Shown: positions 44,584 through 59,055 of the stretch, one piece after another
Layout of the letters: each line of letters opens with the position of its first letter
Numbering within the stretch: the stretch's first letter is position 1
Assembly: GCF_009914755.1 (NCBI RefSeq)
Contig: NC_060939.1
DNA length: 64,000 nt
DNA from: the human T2T-CHM13v2.0 reference genome, Homo sapiens
Reading direction: 5' to 3' (one strand)
Position numbers and translations under genes: made by a program
Notes under the pieces: model-generated
Told to the model about the DNA's origin: nothing
What the model saw: only the letters and a program-made list of their open reading frames with translations
The model's database searches: none

Positions 44584-45299
44584 GTATGTTTCTTCTATAG
44601 TTTTGAGGGTTTCTTTCATGAGGAGATATTAAATTTTGTCAAATGATTTTCAGGATCAATTAAAATGATCATGTGGTTTTTGTTCTTTCTTTTGTTGATA
44701 TGGTATATTACATTAATTGATTTGCATATGTTGAAGTATCTTTGCATCCATGAGATAAATCCTACTTGATGATGAGGAATAATAAACTTTTAATCTGTTG
44801 CTGAATTTTACTTGCCAGTATTTTTATGAGAAATTTTGCATCTATTGCTGATATTGGCCTATAGATTTTTTTGATATGCATTTGTCTGATTTTAGTATGA
44901 GAGTAATGCTTGCCTTACAGAACGAGGTTGAAAGTATTTCCTCCTCCTCTGTTTTGAAATAGTTTAAGTGGGATTGCTATTAGTTTTATACATGTTTTGT
45001 CAAATTCAGTGAAACCATCAGATTTCAGGCTTTTCTTTGATGGGAGGCTTTGTATTATGGATCTCATCACGTCTTGTTTGTGTATTCAGGTTGTGGATTT
45101 CTTAATAATTCAATCTTCTTAGGTTCTATGTGTCTAGAAATTTATCCATTTGTTCTAGATTTTCCAATTTATGGCATCTATCTGCTCATAGTACTCACTA
45201 ATGATCTTTTGAATTCCTGCAGTATAAGTTGTAGAGTTGAAATGTCTCCTTTTTCATCTTTGATATTATTTGAGTCTTTTCCTTTTATTCTTTTATTTA

Positions 45300-45596
45300 T
45301 TTTTTTATTTTTGAGATGGAGACTTGCTCTGTTGCCCAGGCTGGAGTGCAGTGGCTCGATCTCAGCTTACTGCAACCTCCGCCTCCCGAGTTCAAGCAAT
45401 TCTACCTGCCTCAGCCTCCTGAGTAGGTGAGATTACAGGCGCCCACCACCACGCCTGGCTAATTTTTGTGTTTTTTAATAGAGACGGGGTTTTGCCATGT
45501 TGGCCAGGCTGATCTTGAACTCCTGACCTCAGGTGATCCAGCCGCCCGCCTCAGCCTCCTAAAGTCCTGGGATTACAGGCATGAGCCACTGCCTGC
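45300..45596 (-). mobile_element. AluS
   Basis: gagatggagacttgctc...atgagccact. Confidence 0.9.
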
Positions 45597-48039
45597 TGAG
45601 TTTTTTTTTTTTTTTTTCTTAGTCTGAGTAAAGGTCTGTCAGGTTTCTTTTTTTTTTTTTCCAGAAAACAACTTTGCATTTTATTGACCTTTTGTATTTT
45701 ATTTCAAATTCATTTATTTCTGCTTTGATCTTTATTATTTCTTTTCTTCTAATTTTGGTTTGGTTTGCTCTTGTTTTTCTAGCTCTCTAAGATACGTCAT
45801 TAGGTTTTTTTTTTTTAAAGTGTCAATTGTTTTGGAAATACAGGTGGTTTTTCATGACATGGATAAGTTCTTTAGTGTGTTTTCTGAGATTTCAGTGCAC
45901 TTGTCACCTGAGCAGTGCACACTGCACTTAATATGTAGTTTTTTATCCCTCACCCGCCTCCCAGCCTTCCCCCTCGAGTCCCCAAAGTCTTTTACATTAT
46001 TCTTATGCCTTTGCATCCTCATAGATTAGCTCCCACTTATATGTAAGAACATACGATATCTAGTTTTCCATTTCTGAGTTATTTCACTTAGAATAATGAC
46101 CTTCGGCTCCATCCAAGTTGCTGCAAATGACATTATTTTGTTAAGTGTTCCCATTTCACCACATCCAATGCCAACATCTGTTGTTTTCTTGACTTTTTTT
46201 GGCCTACAAAAAATGGCCATTTTTGTAGGAGTTATTTGATATCTAACTGTGGTTTTCATTTGTATTTCCTTGATTATTGATGTTGAGCATTTTTAGGTTG
46301 TTATTAGCTGTTTGTATATCTTCTTTTGAAAAAATATATATTCATTTTCTTTGCCTACTTTTTGATGGAATTATTATTTTGCTAATTTCTTTGAGTTCCT
46401 TATAGATTCTGGATACTAGCTTTTTGTCAGATGTGTAGTTTGCAAATATATTCTGCTACTCTGTGGGTTGTCTGTGTACTCTGCTGCTTATTTCCTTTGC
46501 AGTGCAGAAGCTTTTTAGTTAAATTAGGTCCCATTTATTTATGTTTGTTTTTGTTGCATTTGCTTTTGGGGTCTTAATCATGAATTCTTTGCCTAAATCA
46601 ATGTCGAGAAGAGTTTTTTTTCTTATGTTATCATTTAGAATTCGTATGCTTTCAGGCCTTAGATTGAAATATTTGATCCATCTTGAATTGATTTTTGTAT
46701 AAGGTCAGAGATGGGGATCCAGTTTTATTCCTCTGCGTGTGGCTTGCCAGTATTTCCTAGCACCATTTATTGAATAGGGTGTTCTTTCCCCAATTTGTGT
46801 CTTTATATGCCTTGTTGATGATTAGTTTAGTTGCCTGTGTTTGGCTTAATTTCTGGATTCTGTATTTTGCTTCATTGGTCTGTGTGTAAATTTTAATACC
46901 AATACCATGTTGTTTTGATAACTATAGCCTTGTAGTATAATTTGAAGTAGGGTAATGTGATGACCCCATATTTTTTATTTATTTGTTTGGTTAGTATTAC
47001 TTTGGCTATGTAGGCACTTTTTTGATCCATATTAATTTTAGGGGTTTTTTTCTAGTTCTGTGAAGAATACTGGTGGTATTTTCATGGAAATTGCATTAAA
47101 TCTGTCATGAAGTTGTTCATTTGAATTTTTTTATGTAGACACTTTTAGTTATAAACTTTTAGTACTGCTTTTACTGTAAATCCTAAGTATTTCCATTGTG
47201 ACATATTACAGAAATATTTCAATTTATTTATTAATATCCCCATTGACCCACTGGCCTTTCAGGAGCATATTGTTTAAATTCTATGTGTTTGTATAGTTTC
47301 AAAAATTTGTCTTGTTATTGATTTCTAGGTTTTTTTATTGTAGTCACAAAAGATGCTTGATATTATTTTAATTTTTAAAATGTGTTAAGACTTGTTTTGT
47401 GACCTAACATATGGTCTATCCATGAGAATGATTCATGCACTGCAGAGCAAAATGTGTATTCTGAAGCCATTGGATAAAATGTTCTGTAAATATCCATTGT
47501 GTCCATTTGGTTTATAGTGCAGATTAGGCCTGAGATTTCTTTGTTGGTTTTCTGTCTGGAAGATTTATCCAATGCTGAAAGTGTGATGTTGCATTCTCCA
47601 GGTATTATTATATTGGAGCCTGTCTCTCTCTTTAGCTCTAATAATACTGGCTTAATATATCTGAGTACTTCAGTGTTGGATGCATATGTATGTAACATTC
47701 TTACATCCTCATGCTGAATTAAACTCATTATTATTATAGAGTGACCATCTTTGTGTCTTCTTATAGTTTTGTCTTGAAATCTATTTTGTCTGACATAAGT
47801 GTAGCAACTACTGCTATTTTTGTTTGTTTTCTTTGACATGGAATTTTTTTAAATCTTTTTAATCTATGTGTTTATAGGTGAAGTGTGTTTCTTGTAGGCA
47901 ACAAATCGCTGGGTCTTAATTTTTGTATCCATTTAGCCATCTGTGTCTTTTGATTGGAGAATTTAGTCCATTTACATTCAGTGTTGTTATTGATTATATA
48001 AAGACTTACTCTTGCCATTTTGTTCTTTGTTTTCTGGTC

Positions 48040-48372
48040 TTGCTATCAGCAGCAAGAGGGAACCTGAAAGTAGGTAGCCATCTGTGAGGCTGAATCTGGG
48101 ATTTTTATGGGTTTAAAACAGGAGAATGCATGCTGATTGGTTCATGGGTGGGCTTGGAAAAGACACCATTCAATTGGTTAAAAGGCATCATTCTCAAAGA
48201 ACCAATAGAGAGCAGGTTAGACAGGGATGGAAGTTCTCACTCTAGTCCATGAATTCTTTCTGGAACTGGTAGCTCAGTTTTCAGGCTTTTTAGACTGTTG
48301 TTTCCTTGAAGGTCGAGTTTCACCAGTGCACCCATCCCTGTCTGCCTAGGAGTTTGTCTTCTGTTGCTATCA
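48040..48372 (-). mobile_element. ERV1 LTR fragment (MER52/LTR27-like)
   Basis: ttttatggg...tgctgattggttcatgggtgggcttggaaaag...gaaggtcgagtttcacc...gctatca. Confidence 0.45.
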
Positions 48373-50121
48373 GTAGGACTGCAGTGGGTCAGACCTGAAA
48401 CCAGCACAGCACTTGATCACACCCATGGTGAGCTGTAACCCTACCTGGTACCACCAGTAATTGCTCAAGGTCTTGGGGCTTTATAATCTGTAGGTGGTAA
48501 GCCAGCCAGGTTTGTATCCTTTCCTTCAGAGTAGTGAGTTCCCTCAGGTTCTGGGCAAGCCCAGTGGTGCCATCCAGGAGCCAGGGGCTGGAGTCAATAA
48601 CCTTAGGAGTCTACTTTGTGTTCTATTGTACTGTGGTAGAGCTAGCAATTAAACCATGAAATTCGGTTCTTCCCATTTTTCCCTCCTTACTCAACAGGCA
48701 GAGGGGCCTCATCCTATTGCTGCCATCACCACAGGCCCATCGGGAATACTGCCAGGCTTCCACCAATGTTCTCTTAAGGTTCAAGGCTCTTTAGTTCACT
48801 TATAGTGAATGATGCTTGGCCTGCTACTCATCCTTTTGGTCAGTGGTGTCCCTTCTGTCCCAGTACAGGTCCAGAAGTGCCATCCAAGTGCCAAGACCTG
48901 GAATAAGGGACCCCAAGAGCCCACTGGTGCTCTTCCTCTCTTTGGCCATGCTGGGACCTAAGTTGCAAGATGAAGTTCTCTAGTTTTTCCTCTACCTTTT
49001 TCAGTGTCTCCCTGTAGCCACCACAGTTGTGAATGTGCCGAGTCTCACCTGATTCTAGCAAGCCTCAGAGTCTCAATGAAAGCTCACAGCAAACTACCTG
49101 GTTATCACTGCAGGTTATTCCAGGCCAAGGGCCCTTTACTTAGCAGTTGATGGGTCTTGTTAGTACCGGATTTCTTCATTCAAGGCAGCAGATTTCCTTA
49201 TAGTCCAGTATGTACCTAGAAATTTTAATTAGGAGCTAGTGGCTGAGAAGGGTGTTTTATAACTCTGACTGGTGGCCTTGCTGATATCCAAAATACAAGA
49301 CAAAGTCCTGTTTACTCTTTCTGTCTTCTTAAGTAGATGGAAGTGGTCTCTTGAATCTGTGAGCTGTGCAGCCTCAGTTTGGAGGAGGGGTGGTATAAGA
49401 ACTCTCTTAGCTGCCCCAGCTTGTATCTTAGTAGGTAATGTGGCCCCCAAGTCCACTGGCTCTAAGCCCAGTTCAGCATGACACCTGGGAGTTGCTGTCC
49501 TTGTGACCTAGACTGTTTTAAGTTTCTTTAGGGCCCCAGAGCATTTTAGACTATGGTGGTGAAGCTTGCCAGAACTCAAGTTCCAATCACTGGGAGGGTG
49601 ATTCCCCTCTGTCCAGGGCCAGTTGAAACGCACCCTCTGTGGGCAGGCATCAGCTGAGTTCATTCCAGTTTTGCTTTCTGCTATGATAGGGCAGCACTGA
49701 GTTCAATGCTCACAATCCCAGTGCTCTCCCTCTCCCAAGTGTACAGATTCTGTCTACATAGCATGTGACTACTGCCAGGGCATGAGTGAGGAGTGGCATT
49801 AGTGATTCAAGACTGTCTTTCCTACCCTGTTTTAGTGCCTCTTTGTGTACTGCAGGGTTAAAACCAGGTAGTGTGAGTGCTCGCCTTTATTCTTATGAAG
49901 GTTTTTGTTTGTTTTTTAATAGATAGTTGTTATATTGGTGTCCTTCCAGGGGAAATGATCACTGGAGCCTTCTATCTAGCCATCTTGCTCTGTCCTCTGT
50001 TGGTTTTCTACTATGGCATTGTGCTCATGTTCTCAGCTTGGTAAAATTTCATATTAGATTTGTAAAGTATATTCAGCTAAATTCAGTATGTAGAATAATT
50101 AGTTATTTTTACTACTTTGAG

Positions 50122-51590
<1,469 letters not shown>

Positions 51591-51697
51591 ATCTTTTATA
51601 CAATAAATTACGGTTAACTATAGTTGTCCTATTGTGTTACGAAACACTAGATCTTATTTCTTCTATTTTTCTTAATGTTTAATTAAAATATTATTTC

Positions 51698-52150
51698 AGG
51701 CTGGACATGGTGGCTGATGCCTGTAATCCCAGCACTTTGGGTCAGTGAGGGAGGATCACTTGAGCTCAGTACATTGAGGCTGCCTTCAGCTATGATTACG
51801 CCACAGCACTTGAGCTGAGGACAGAATGAGACCCTGTCTTTAGAAAAAAATAGGCTGGGTGTGGTGGCTCACACCTGTAATCCCAGCCCTTTGGGAGGCC
51901 TAGGCAGGAGAATCTCATGAGCGCAGGAGTTTGAGACAAGCCCATGCAACATAATGAGACCCCATCTATACACAAAATTTAAAAATTAGTTGGGCATGGT
52001 GGTGTGCAGCTGTGGTCCCAGATACTTGGTAGCCTGAGGTGGGAAGACTACTTGAGCCTAGGAGGTAGAATCTGCAGTAAGCCATGATCATGTTACTTCA
52101 CTCCAGCCATGGTGATAGAATAAGATCTGTCTCAAAGAAACCAAAAAAAA
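51698..52150 (+). mobile_element. Alu fragment plus AluJ
   Basis: two Alu starts at ~51698 and ~51853. Confidence 0.8.
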
Positions 52151-52397
52151 TAAAATATTTGCTTATTTTTTGAAAAAAATGCACAACATTGAGAAATATG
52201 GAAGTTATTTTAAAAGTTTTTTATTCTCTTCTAAATGCATTTTCTAAAATATACAAAAAATTAGTAAAAAAAAAAATGACATAACTGACCTCACATGCAT
52301 TAAGTGAAATAAACCAGACACAAAACATAATACAGTGTATCATTCCATTTATACAAAATAGTAATCATACCACAATAATAAAGAGGTAATAAAAATG

Positions 52398-52700
52398 GAC
52401 CAGGCATGGTGGCTCACACGTTTAATTCTAGCACTTTGGGAGGCTGAGGCAGGTGGATTGCCTGAGGTTAGGAGTTCGAGAGCAGCCTGGCCAACATGGT
52501 GAAACCATGTCTCTACTAAAAACAAAATTAGCCAGGTGCAGTGGTGGGCGCCTGTAATCCCAGGTACTCAGGAAGCTGAGTCAGGAGAATCTATTGAACC
52601 CGCGAGGCAGGCAGAGGTTGCAGTGAGCTGAGATCGCACCACTGCACTCAAGCCTGCATGACAGAGACTCCATCTCAAAAACGAAACCAAACCAAACAAT
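52398..52700 (+). mobile_element. AluS
   Basis: Alu consensus match. Confidence 0.88.
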
Positions 52701-52949
52701 AAAGGTGATAAAATGGAATGTCCATAAAAGGGAAATCAGTAATGATTGTCTAGTCCTGATAGTGGAAATATTTTAAAGTTATACCATGGCTATAGTTGCA
52801 TAATTATAAATATACCAGAAACTTTGTATTGAGTATGATGTTATGCATATTTCATCATAACTTTTTTTAAAAAAATAAGCATGCCATAAAATAGCAAGGT
52901 GGTTAAATTGCTTGCTTGAAAACAATCTGAAAATGCAATCAATTTTTGC

Positions 52950-55000
52950 TCATTTCAAGGTTTTTGATTAGGTGTTTCTGAATTTGTCCGTTAGGTCTAG
53001 TTGGTATATTAAAGTCAGCAGTTCACATTGAGAATTTTCTACTTCTACCATTCTGCCATTTGTGCTTCATATATTGGGGTCTTTGTTAGGTACATGCATA
53101 TTTAAAACTATTTTATCTTCTTGATAGATTTATAATTTTTTAACATAAAATTTCCTGTGTCAATTAATTATAGCAATGTTGTCTTAATGCCTATCTTGTC
53201 TAAGGGTAACCACCCCAGCTTATTTTGCTTACTATTTGTGTGGAATCTTTTTACCCATCCTTTCACTTTCAACCTATTTGTGAGCTTAGGACTAAAGAGA
53301 TTCTCCTGTAGATAACATAAAGTTAGTTCATGTTTTTGTTTATTTTTAAACCATCTGCCAATCTTTGCATTGTAATTGTAGATGTTAATTTCTATTTAAA
53401 CTATTTATAAGGAAGGGCACACTTCTGCCATTTTTCTAGTTGTTTTCTAAAGTCTTGTATATTTTTGTTAATTAACTCTTATATTACTGACATCTTTAAT
53501 GTTCTAGTATTTTTCCAAAACAGTTTTGATTCTCTTCTCATTTCCTCTTTCACTTCTTTCTTTAGTTGTATTTTTAGTGGCTACCTTAAGGATGACAATT
53601 AATCTCATCACTGTGTAACTGTACTTTAAATTAATACCGCTCGTAATTCAGTTTTATTTTAAAAGCTGTTTCAATAGAGATCTGCTCCTCCAATGTTATG
53701 TTGTTTTGTCACATATTACATCTTTATGCATTGTATGACATTAACAAAAATTTATAATTATTTTATGCATTAGTATTTTAAATTACATGTAAAAAAGAAC
53801 AATAGATAAAAGTTACAAAATATTCTTTAATAGTGGCATTTATATTTTGCCATGTACTCATTTTTACTGGCATTCTTTATTTTTTCATATGGCCTTGCAT
53901 TATTACCTAGTTTGTCATTTCATTTCAACCCAAAAGATAACCTTTGTCATTTAATGCATACCAGGTCTACTAGTGACAAGCTGTTAAATTTGTTTTAATC
54001 TATATAGCTCTTAGTGTCTTCAAAGGTCTTCAAGGATGTCCTTCATCTTTGAAGAGCAGTTTTGCTGAAAATAGAGTTCTTTGTTGGCTTTTTTTTTTCT
54101 TTCTACACTTTAAATATATTGTCCTATCATATTCTGGACTCCGTAGTTTTTAGTGAGAAATTATATTCTGGACTCTAGTTTTTAGTGAGTTGTTAATGTC
54201 AGTGTAGATGCATTGCAAATAGTAGTCTTTTCTCCATAACTTTCTTCAAAGTTGTCTCTTTAGCTTTTGAAAGTTTTATTGTAATTTGTCTTGGTGTAGA
54301 GTTCTTTGAGTTTATACTATGAATTCAATGAGATTTTGGAATGTGTAGATTCACGTATTTCATCATGCTTGGGAACTTTTTAGCCATTATTTCTTCAGAT
54401 GTTCTTTCTGCCCCATTTTATCTTTCTCCCTTCTTTCGGGAGTTTTCATAATGCTTGTAATGGCACATTTTATAGTATCCCATTGTTATCTTAGGCTCTG
54501 TTCATCTTTATTCATTATTTTTTATTTCTGCTAGTTGGGATAATACGAATTGAAGTGACCTCAAGCTTGCTGGTTGTGTCTTTCGTCTACTTAAATCTTT
54601 TGTTGAACCTTTGTGGTGAATTTTTTATTTTAGTTATCTTAATTTTCAACTTTAGAGTTTGGCTTCAGTTTATAATCTCTATCTCTATTAATATTTTCTA
54701 TTTGATGAGACAATATTCTTCTGAAATGTTTTTCCTTTTGATGTTATTTATCTTTGCAGCACATTTAAGACAGGTAATTTAAAGACTTTTTCTAGATTTT
54801 TCAATGCCTACGATTCCTCTAGGACTGTTTCTGTTAATATCTGTTATCTTATTAGTGGGCCATTATTTTTTCATTAATTTATTTGCACGCTTTGTATTTC
54901 ATTGCTGTTGCTGAAAACTAGACTTTTTCTATTACAACAACCCTGAAATAATATTCTCTCTCATCCCGTTGGGTTTTTTTGTTGCTTATTGTAAATTTTA
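52950..55000 (-). mobile_element. Very old L1M fragment
   Basis: T-rich L1 antisense motifs (ttacccatcctttcactttcaacctat; ttttagccattatttcttcaga). Confidence 0.55.
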
Positions 55001-55584
55001 CTTGTTTGTTTGGTGAGTTTTCAAAATTATTTTTAAAATATCATCCTTTTGTCGTGTTTAGCAATAAAAATCTCTGCTTTATTAGCTTCATGTGAGCTAG
55101 CTATTTGACAGAGATTTTCTCAAATGCCTGCTCACATCAAATATAAATCTACTAGTTCTTGCAGTTGGGTTTACTTAGCCAGAAAGATTACAACTTTGCT
55201 GTTTTCTTTTCTTCCTGCTTGTGCAGTGCTTGGAGGTAAAGCAGACATGAGAGATAACAGCTTCGTAGGTCTTTGTGAGCATTTGCCTGTCCCTTGATTG
55301 ACCCTGAACATGCTTATGGGCTTCTGGATTCTCAGGAATATGTGGATAATTTTCAAAGCCCGAATCCCCCAGGCACCTCACTCCTCAGTTTTTTCTCTTA
55401 GATATTCTACATGACTTTTGCTTGCCGCACTGATATTCTTTCTCCAAGGTGTGATGAGTAGTTAATTAGCCCTTAACTATTTTTGCCAAACATTAGGTTA
55501 TTAATTTAGAATTGTTTATTTTTAATGTAGGTGTTTACTGCTGTGAATTTCTCTCAGTAGTTTGCTGCATCTCATGTTTTGATG

Positions 55585-55872
55585 TTTTTTTGAGACAAGT
55601 TCACACTCTGACACCCAGGAATGAGTGCAGTGGTTTGATCAGGGGTCTCAGAAGCCTTGACCGTGTAGGCTCAAGTGAACTTGCTGCCTCAGCCTCACAA
55701 GTAGCCAGAGCTACAGGCAGGTGGTACAATGCCTGGCTAATTTTTGAAATTTTTTTGTGAAGATGGGTTCTCATTATGTTGCCCAGGCAGGTCTCAAACT
55801 CTTGGGCTCAGTCCTCCCACTGCTGCCTCCTAAAATGCTTAAATTACAGGCATAAGTCACAGCACTCAGCCT
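55585..55872 (-). mobile_element. AluJ (degenerate)
   Basis: ttgagac...gagtgcagtgg...tatgttgcccaggc. Confidence 0.75.
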
Positions 55873-56879
55873 TTATAAAACCTTTGATATTTTTTCTTTT
55901 ATTCTGTTTTCCCATGTTTGTAACATGTTGTCCCAAATTATACAATAGTTCTATGGTAGTTGTGGCACATTTGTGACATAAAATAGAGAAAACATAAGTT
56001 ACATTTAAATTTGGGGTAAACAACAAATAACTTTTTAGTATAGCTATGCAATGTTTTTATATCTGTGTATAATATGTGTAAGCAATTACTGGAGTATATA
56101 CAAATAACAATTCATCATTTACCTGAAATTCAAATATAACCAAGTGTGTTACATTTGTCAACCCTTGTTCATGGGAGCCACTGTTCTTTTCTCCAGACTC
56201 AGCATTAATGACCTGAAAACCTTCATTAGAGAAAAATAAAGTTTGATAATTAGCAGATACATTCTTTTGCGGTATGTAGTAGTCATTAGAGAGGGTGTGG
56301 CCTGAATTAAAGTGTGTGATCTGGATACCTTATGGGGAGAAAAAAATAGAATTCTTACGTATGTTGTTTTATCTAATTGTATTACCTCTTTCTGTGATAT
56401 AACTTTTAATACACACAGTATATTTAGTAAAAGTGATTTCTACATAAGTAGTAAGTAGTTATTTGTATATTAATTGTCCATGTTTATTTTCTGGAACTAG
56501 ACTGCAGTATTTAATATATGGAGATTATTATGGCTTTAATCTGATACTATCCTGGAGCTTCTTTTAGGTTTAACATGACAAAAGAACCATATCATGTTGA
56601 TGGCATCAGTATATTTTGGTGGCAACTATCCATTGTTTGGTTCTGGACATTGAGATAAATGTGTACTTATACTAGATTATGTGTTAGGAGAAAAAAATAA
56701 AAACTGATATATAAACTATGCAATTTCCTTTTTGTAAACTCATCCATATCAGGTGGTTTAAAATTGGTTAGCAGTTTTCTAACTCAGATGTTAATTTCTG
56801 AGTATGAGGTAAAAAATACTGTCAAATCATCTTCATTGCCTTGCACATTTATATTTGTGGTTTGTGCATTAGTACCATC

Positions 56880-57110
56880 ACAACTCACTGGCTCACTATA
56901 GCCTCAAGATCCTATGCTCAAGTGATCCTTCCATGTCAGCTTCCCATGTAACTGGGACCACAGGTACGTGCCACCATGCCTAGCTAATTTCTTTATTTTT
57001 GATAGACACAGGGTGTCACTGTGTTGCTCAAGCTAATTTCAAACTGTTTATCTGAAGCAATGTCCCTGCCTCAGCCTCTCAAAGCGGTGGAATTATAGGC
57101 ATGAGCCAGA
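56880..57110 (-). mobile_element. AluJ fragment
   Basis: ggctcactatagcctc...gtgccaccatgcctagctaattt. Confidence 0.7.
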
Positions 57111-57543
57111 GCTCTATTATTCTAAGCTGCGGGCTGAATTAGTTGGATACAATAGTGATGACTGTATTCAGGGCAAAGAAGAAAGTAATTGCAGAATTAT
57201 TCAATAAAATTTTATGAAGGGTTCTCATACAGAGATATCATGATTAAGAGATGGAGAATTATCTTTACTATTAGTGACCTTGGTGTTTTTCCAAGGCTTG
57301 GAAAGGCATCTTTCCATGGAAGGGTATCTCTGTATAAAGTGAAGCATCAAGAAAATTATCACTTAATGCAAATTCATGGATCCCATAAAGTAGAAAAAGG
57401 TAGTCCATGTACTTGTAGCATTGAAAACTGGATTTTAGCAATTTCCTCCTGAGATGAAATAAAGCTTTCATGAGATTTCTCTGGGATAAAAACAAAACTT
57501 GAACAGAGCCAGAATTATTTTAAGGGATTCGTTTAATAGGACT

Positions 57544-57780
57544 TGTGGTAAGTGGAATAATGCCATGCAAAGGTCCCCATGTCTAACCACCAGGTTCTAG
57601 GCATGTATTATGGTATATGAGAAATGGGAATTCAGGCTGCAGATGAAATCAAGGTTGATAACCAGCTGACTCTAAAACAAAAACATTAACTTGAATTACA
57701 GATTTGGGCCTAATGTAATTATAAGCATTCTTAAAAGTGAAAGAAATAATAAGAGAAACTGAGTGCTGTGATGTGAGTCA
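57544..57780 (+). mobile_element. MLT1-like MaLR LTR fragment
   Basis: tgtggtaag...aataatg...tgcagatgaaatcaagg...gggcctaatgtaat. Confidence 0.4.
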
Positions 57781-58174
57781 GTTAAACTTTTTTTTCAACT
57801 TTTTCTTTAGGTGATTATTTTCCCTTAACATAAAATTTACTTTAGCTCAACTATACAAACATGTGAGTTATTGTTATGTAACCATCACTCTTCATTAAGA
57901 AATGCTTTGTAAAAAGTGAGCCAGTTTTTCATATACATTCTTCAAAATACATTCTCAACATTATACATCAAATTATATATACATACATGCACACATACAC
58001 TATATATATCAAGGATTTATATGATAGGATTAATTAAGAAAAAAATTAGTGGAATACAAATAATGTTTATGATAATTTTGGCCATAGAATATATAATACA
58101 GATGATGTGAAGTACAAAATGTTTTTTATACTTCATATTTTGATGTACAAAGTATGTTTGTCTTTGTAATTCAG

Positions 58175-59055
58175 ATGATTACTTTGCACTTGTGTTCCCA
58201 TGAAAAATGCCTTTCATTTCTAAGCTGGTATTGGCATCTCAGCCAACACTTTTCTCCTTCTTTTCTGCATCTTCTCCTTTTCTGCTTTTTCTGGATCTCA
58301 GGCCAGAGCGCACTTACCTACCAGTCTGTCATGTGGCCCTCATCCACATGGTGGTCCTTCTCACCATGGTGTTCTTGTCTCCACAGCTCTTTGAATCACT
58401 GAATTTTCAGAATGACTTCAAATATGAGGCATCTTTCTACCTGAGGAGGGTGATCAGGGTCCTCTCCATTTGTACCACCTGCCTCCTGGGCATGCTGCAG
58501 GTCGTCAACATCAGCCCCAGCATTTCCTGGTTGGTGAGGTTTAAATGGAAATCCACAATTTTTACCTTCCATTTGTTCTCATGGTCTCTCAGTTTTCCTG
58601 TTAGTAGTAGCCTGATCTTTTACACTGTGGCTTCTTCCAATGTGACCCAGATCAATTTGCATGTCAGTAAATACTGTTCACTTTTCCCAATAAACTCCAT
58701 AATCAGAGGACTGTTTTTCACTCTGTCATTATTCAGAGATGTTTTTCTTAAACAAATAATGCTGTTCTCAAGTGTCTACATGATGACTCTCATTCAGGAA
58801 CTACAGGAGATCCTGGTACCTTCACAGCCCCAGCCTCTACCTAAGGATCTTTGCAGAGGCAAGAGCCATCAGCACATCCTGCTGCCGGTGAGTTTCTCGG
58901 TGGGCATGTACAAGATGGACTTCATCATCTCAACCTCCTCAACGTTGCCATGGGCATATGACCGTGGTGTCTAGAGGCTAGTGGGCAGTGTCTATACCAT
59001 TGTCAGGTTTTTGGTGCTACTGAGATCTGATAAAAGGGTAATCAATGTGATGTAA
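58175..59055 (+). pseudogene. Vomeronasal type-1 receptor (V1R/VN1R family) pseudogene, single exon
   Basis: V1R motifs GIGISANTFLL (TM1, after TAA 58221), VCHVALIH, LSICTTCLLGMLQ, ISPS, SKYCSLFP, LSLFRDVF, SDKRVI; frameshifts and premature TAG at 58972. Confidence 0.9.

Larger units (their letters stand above)
43140..49990 (-). mobile_element. Nested old L1 (L1M/L1PB) block with younger insertions
   Basis: ORF 47375-47839 is L1 endonuclease-like (SWIDHMLGHKTSLN); continuous L1 ORF2 antisense sequence; probable L1 5' region ~48380-49990. Confidence 0.8.

Noticed and set aside
58207-58974. Intact vomeronasal receptor CDS
   Set aside because: TM1 out of frame, internal off-frame segment, premature stop before TM7.
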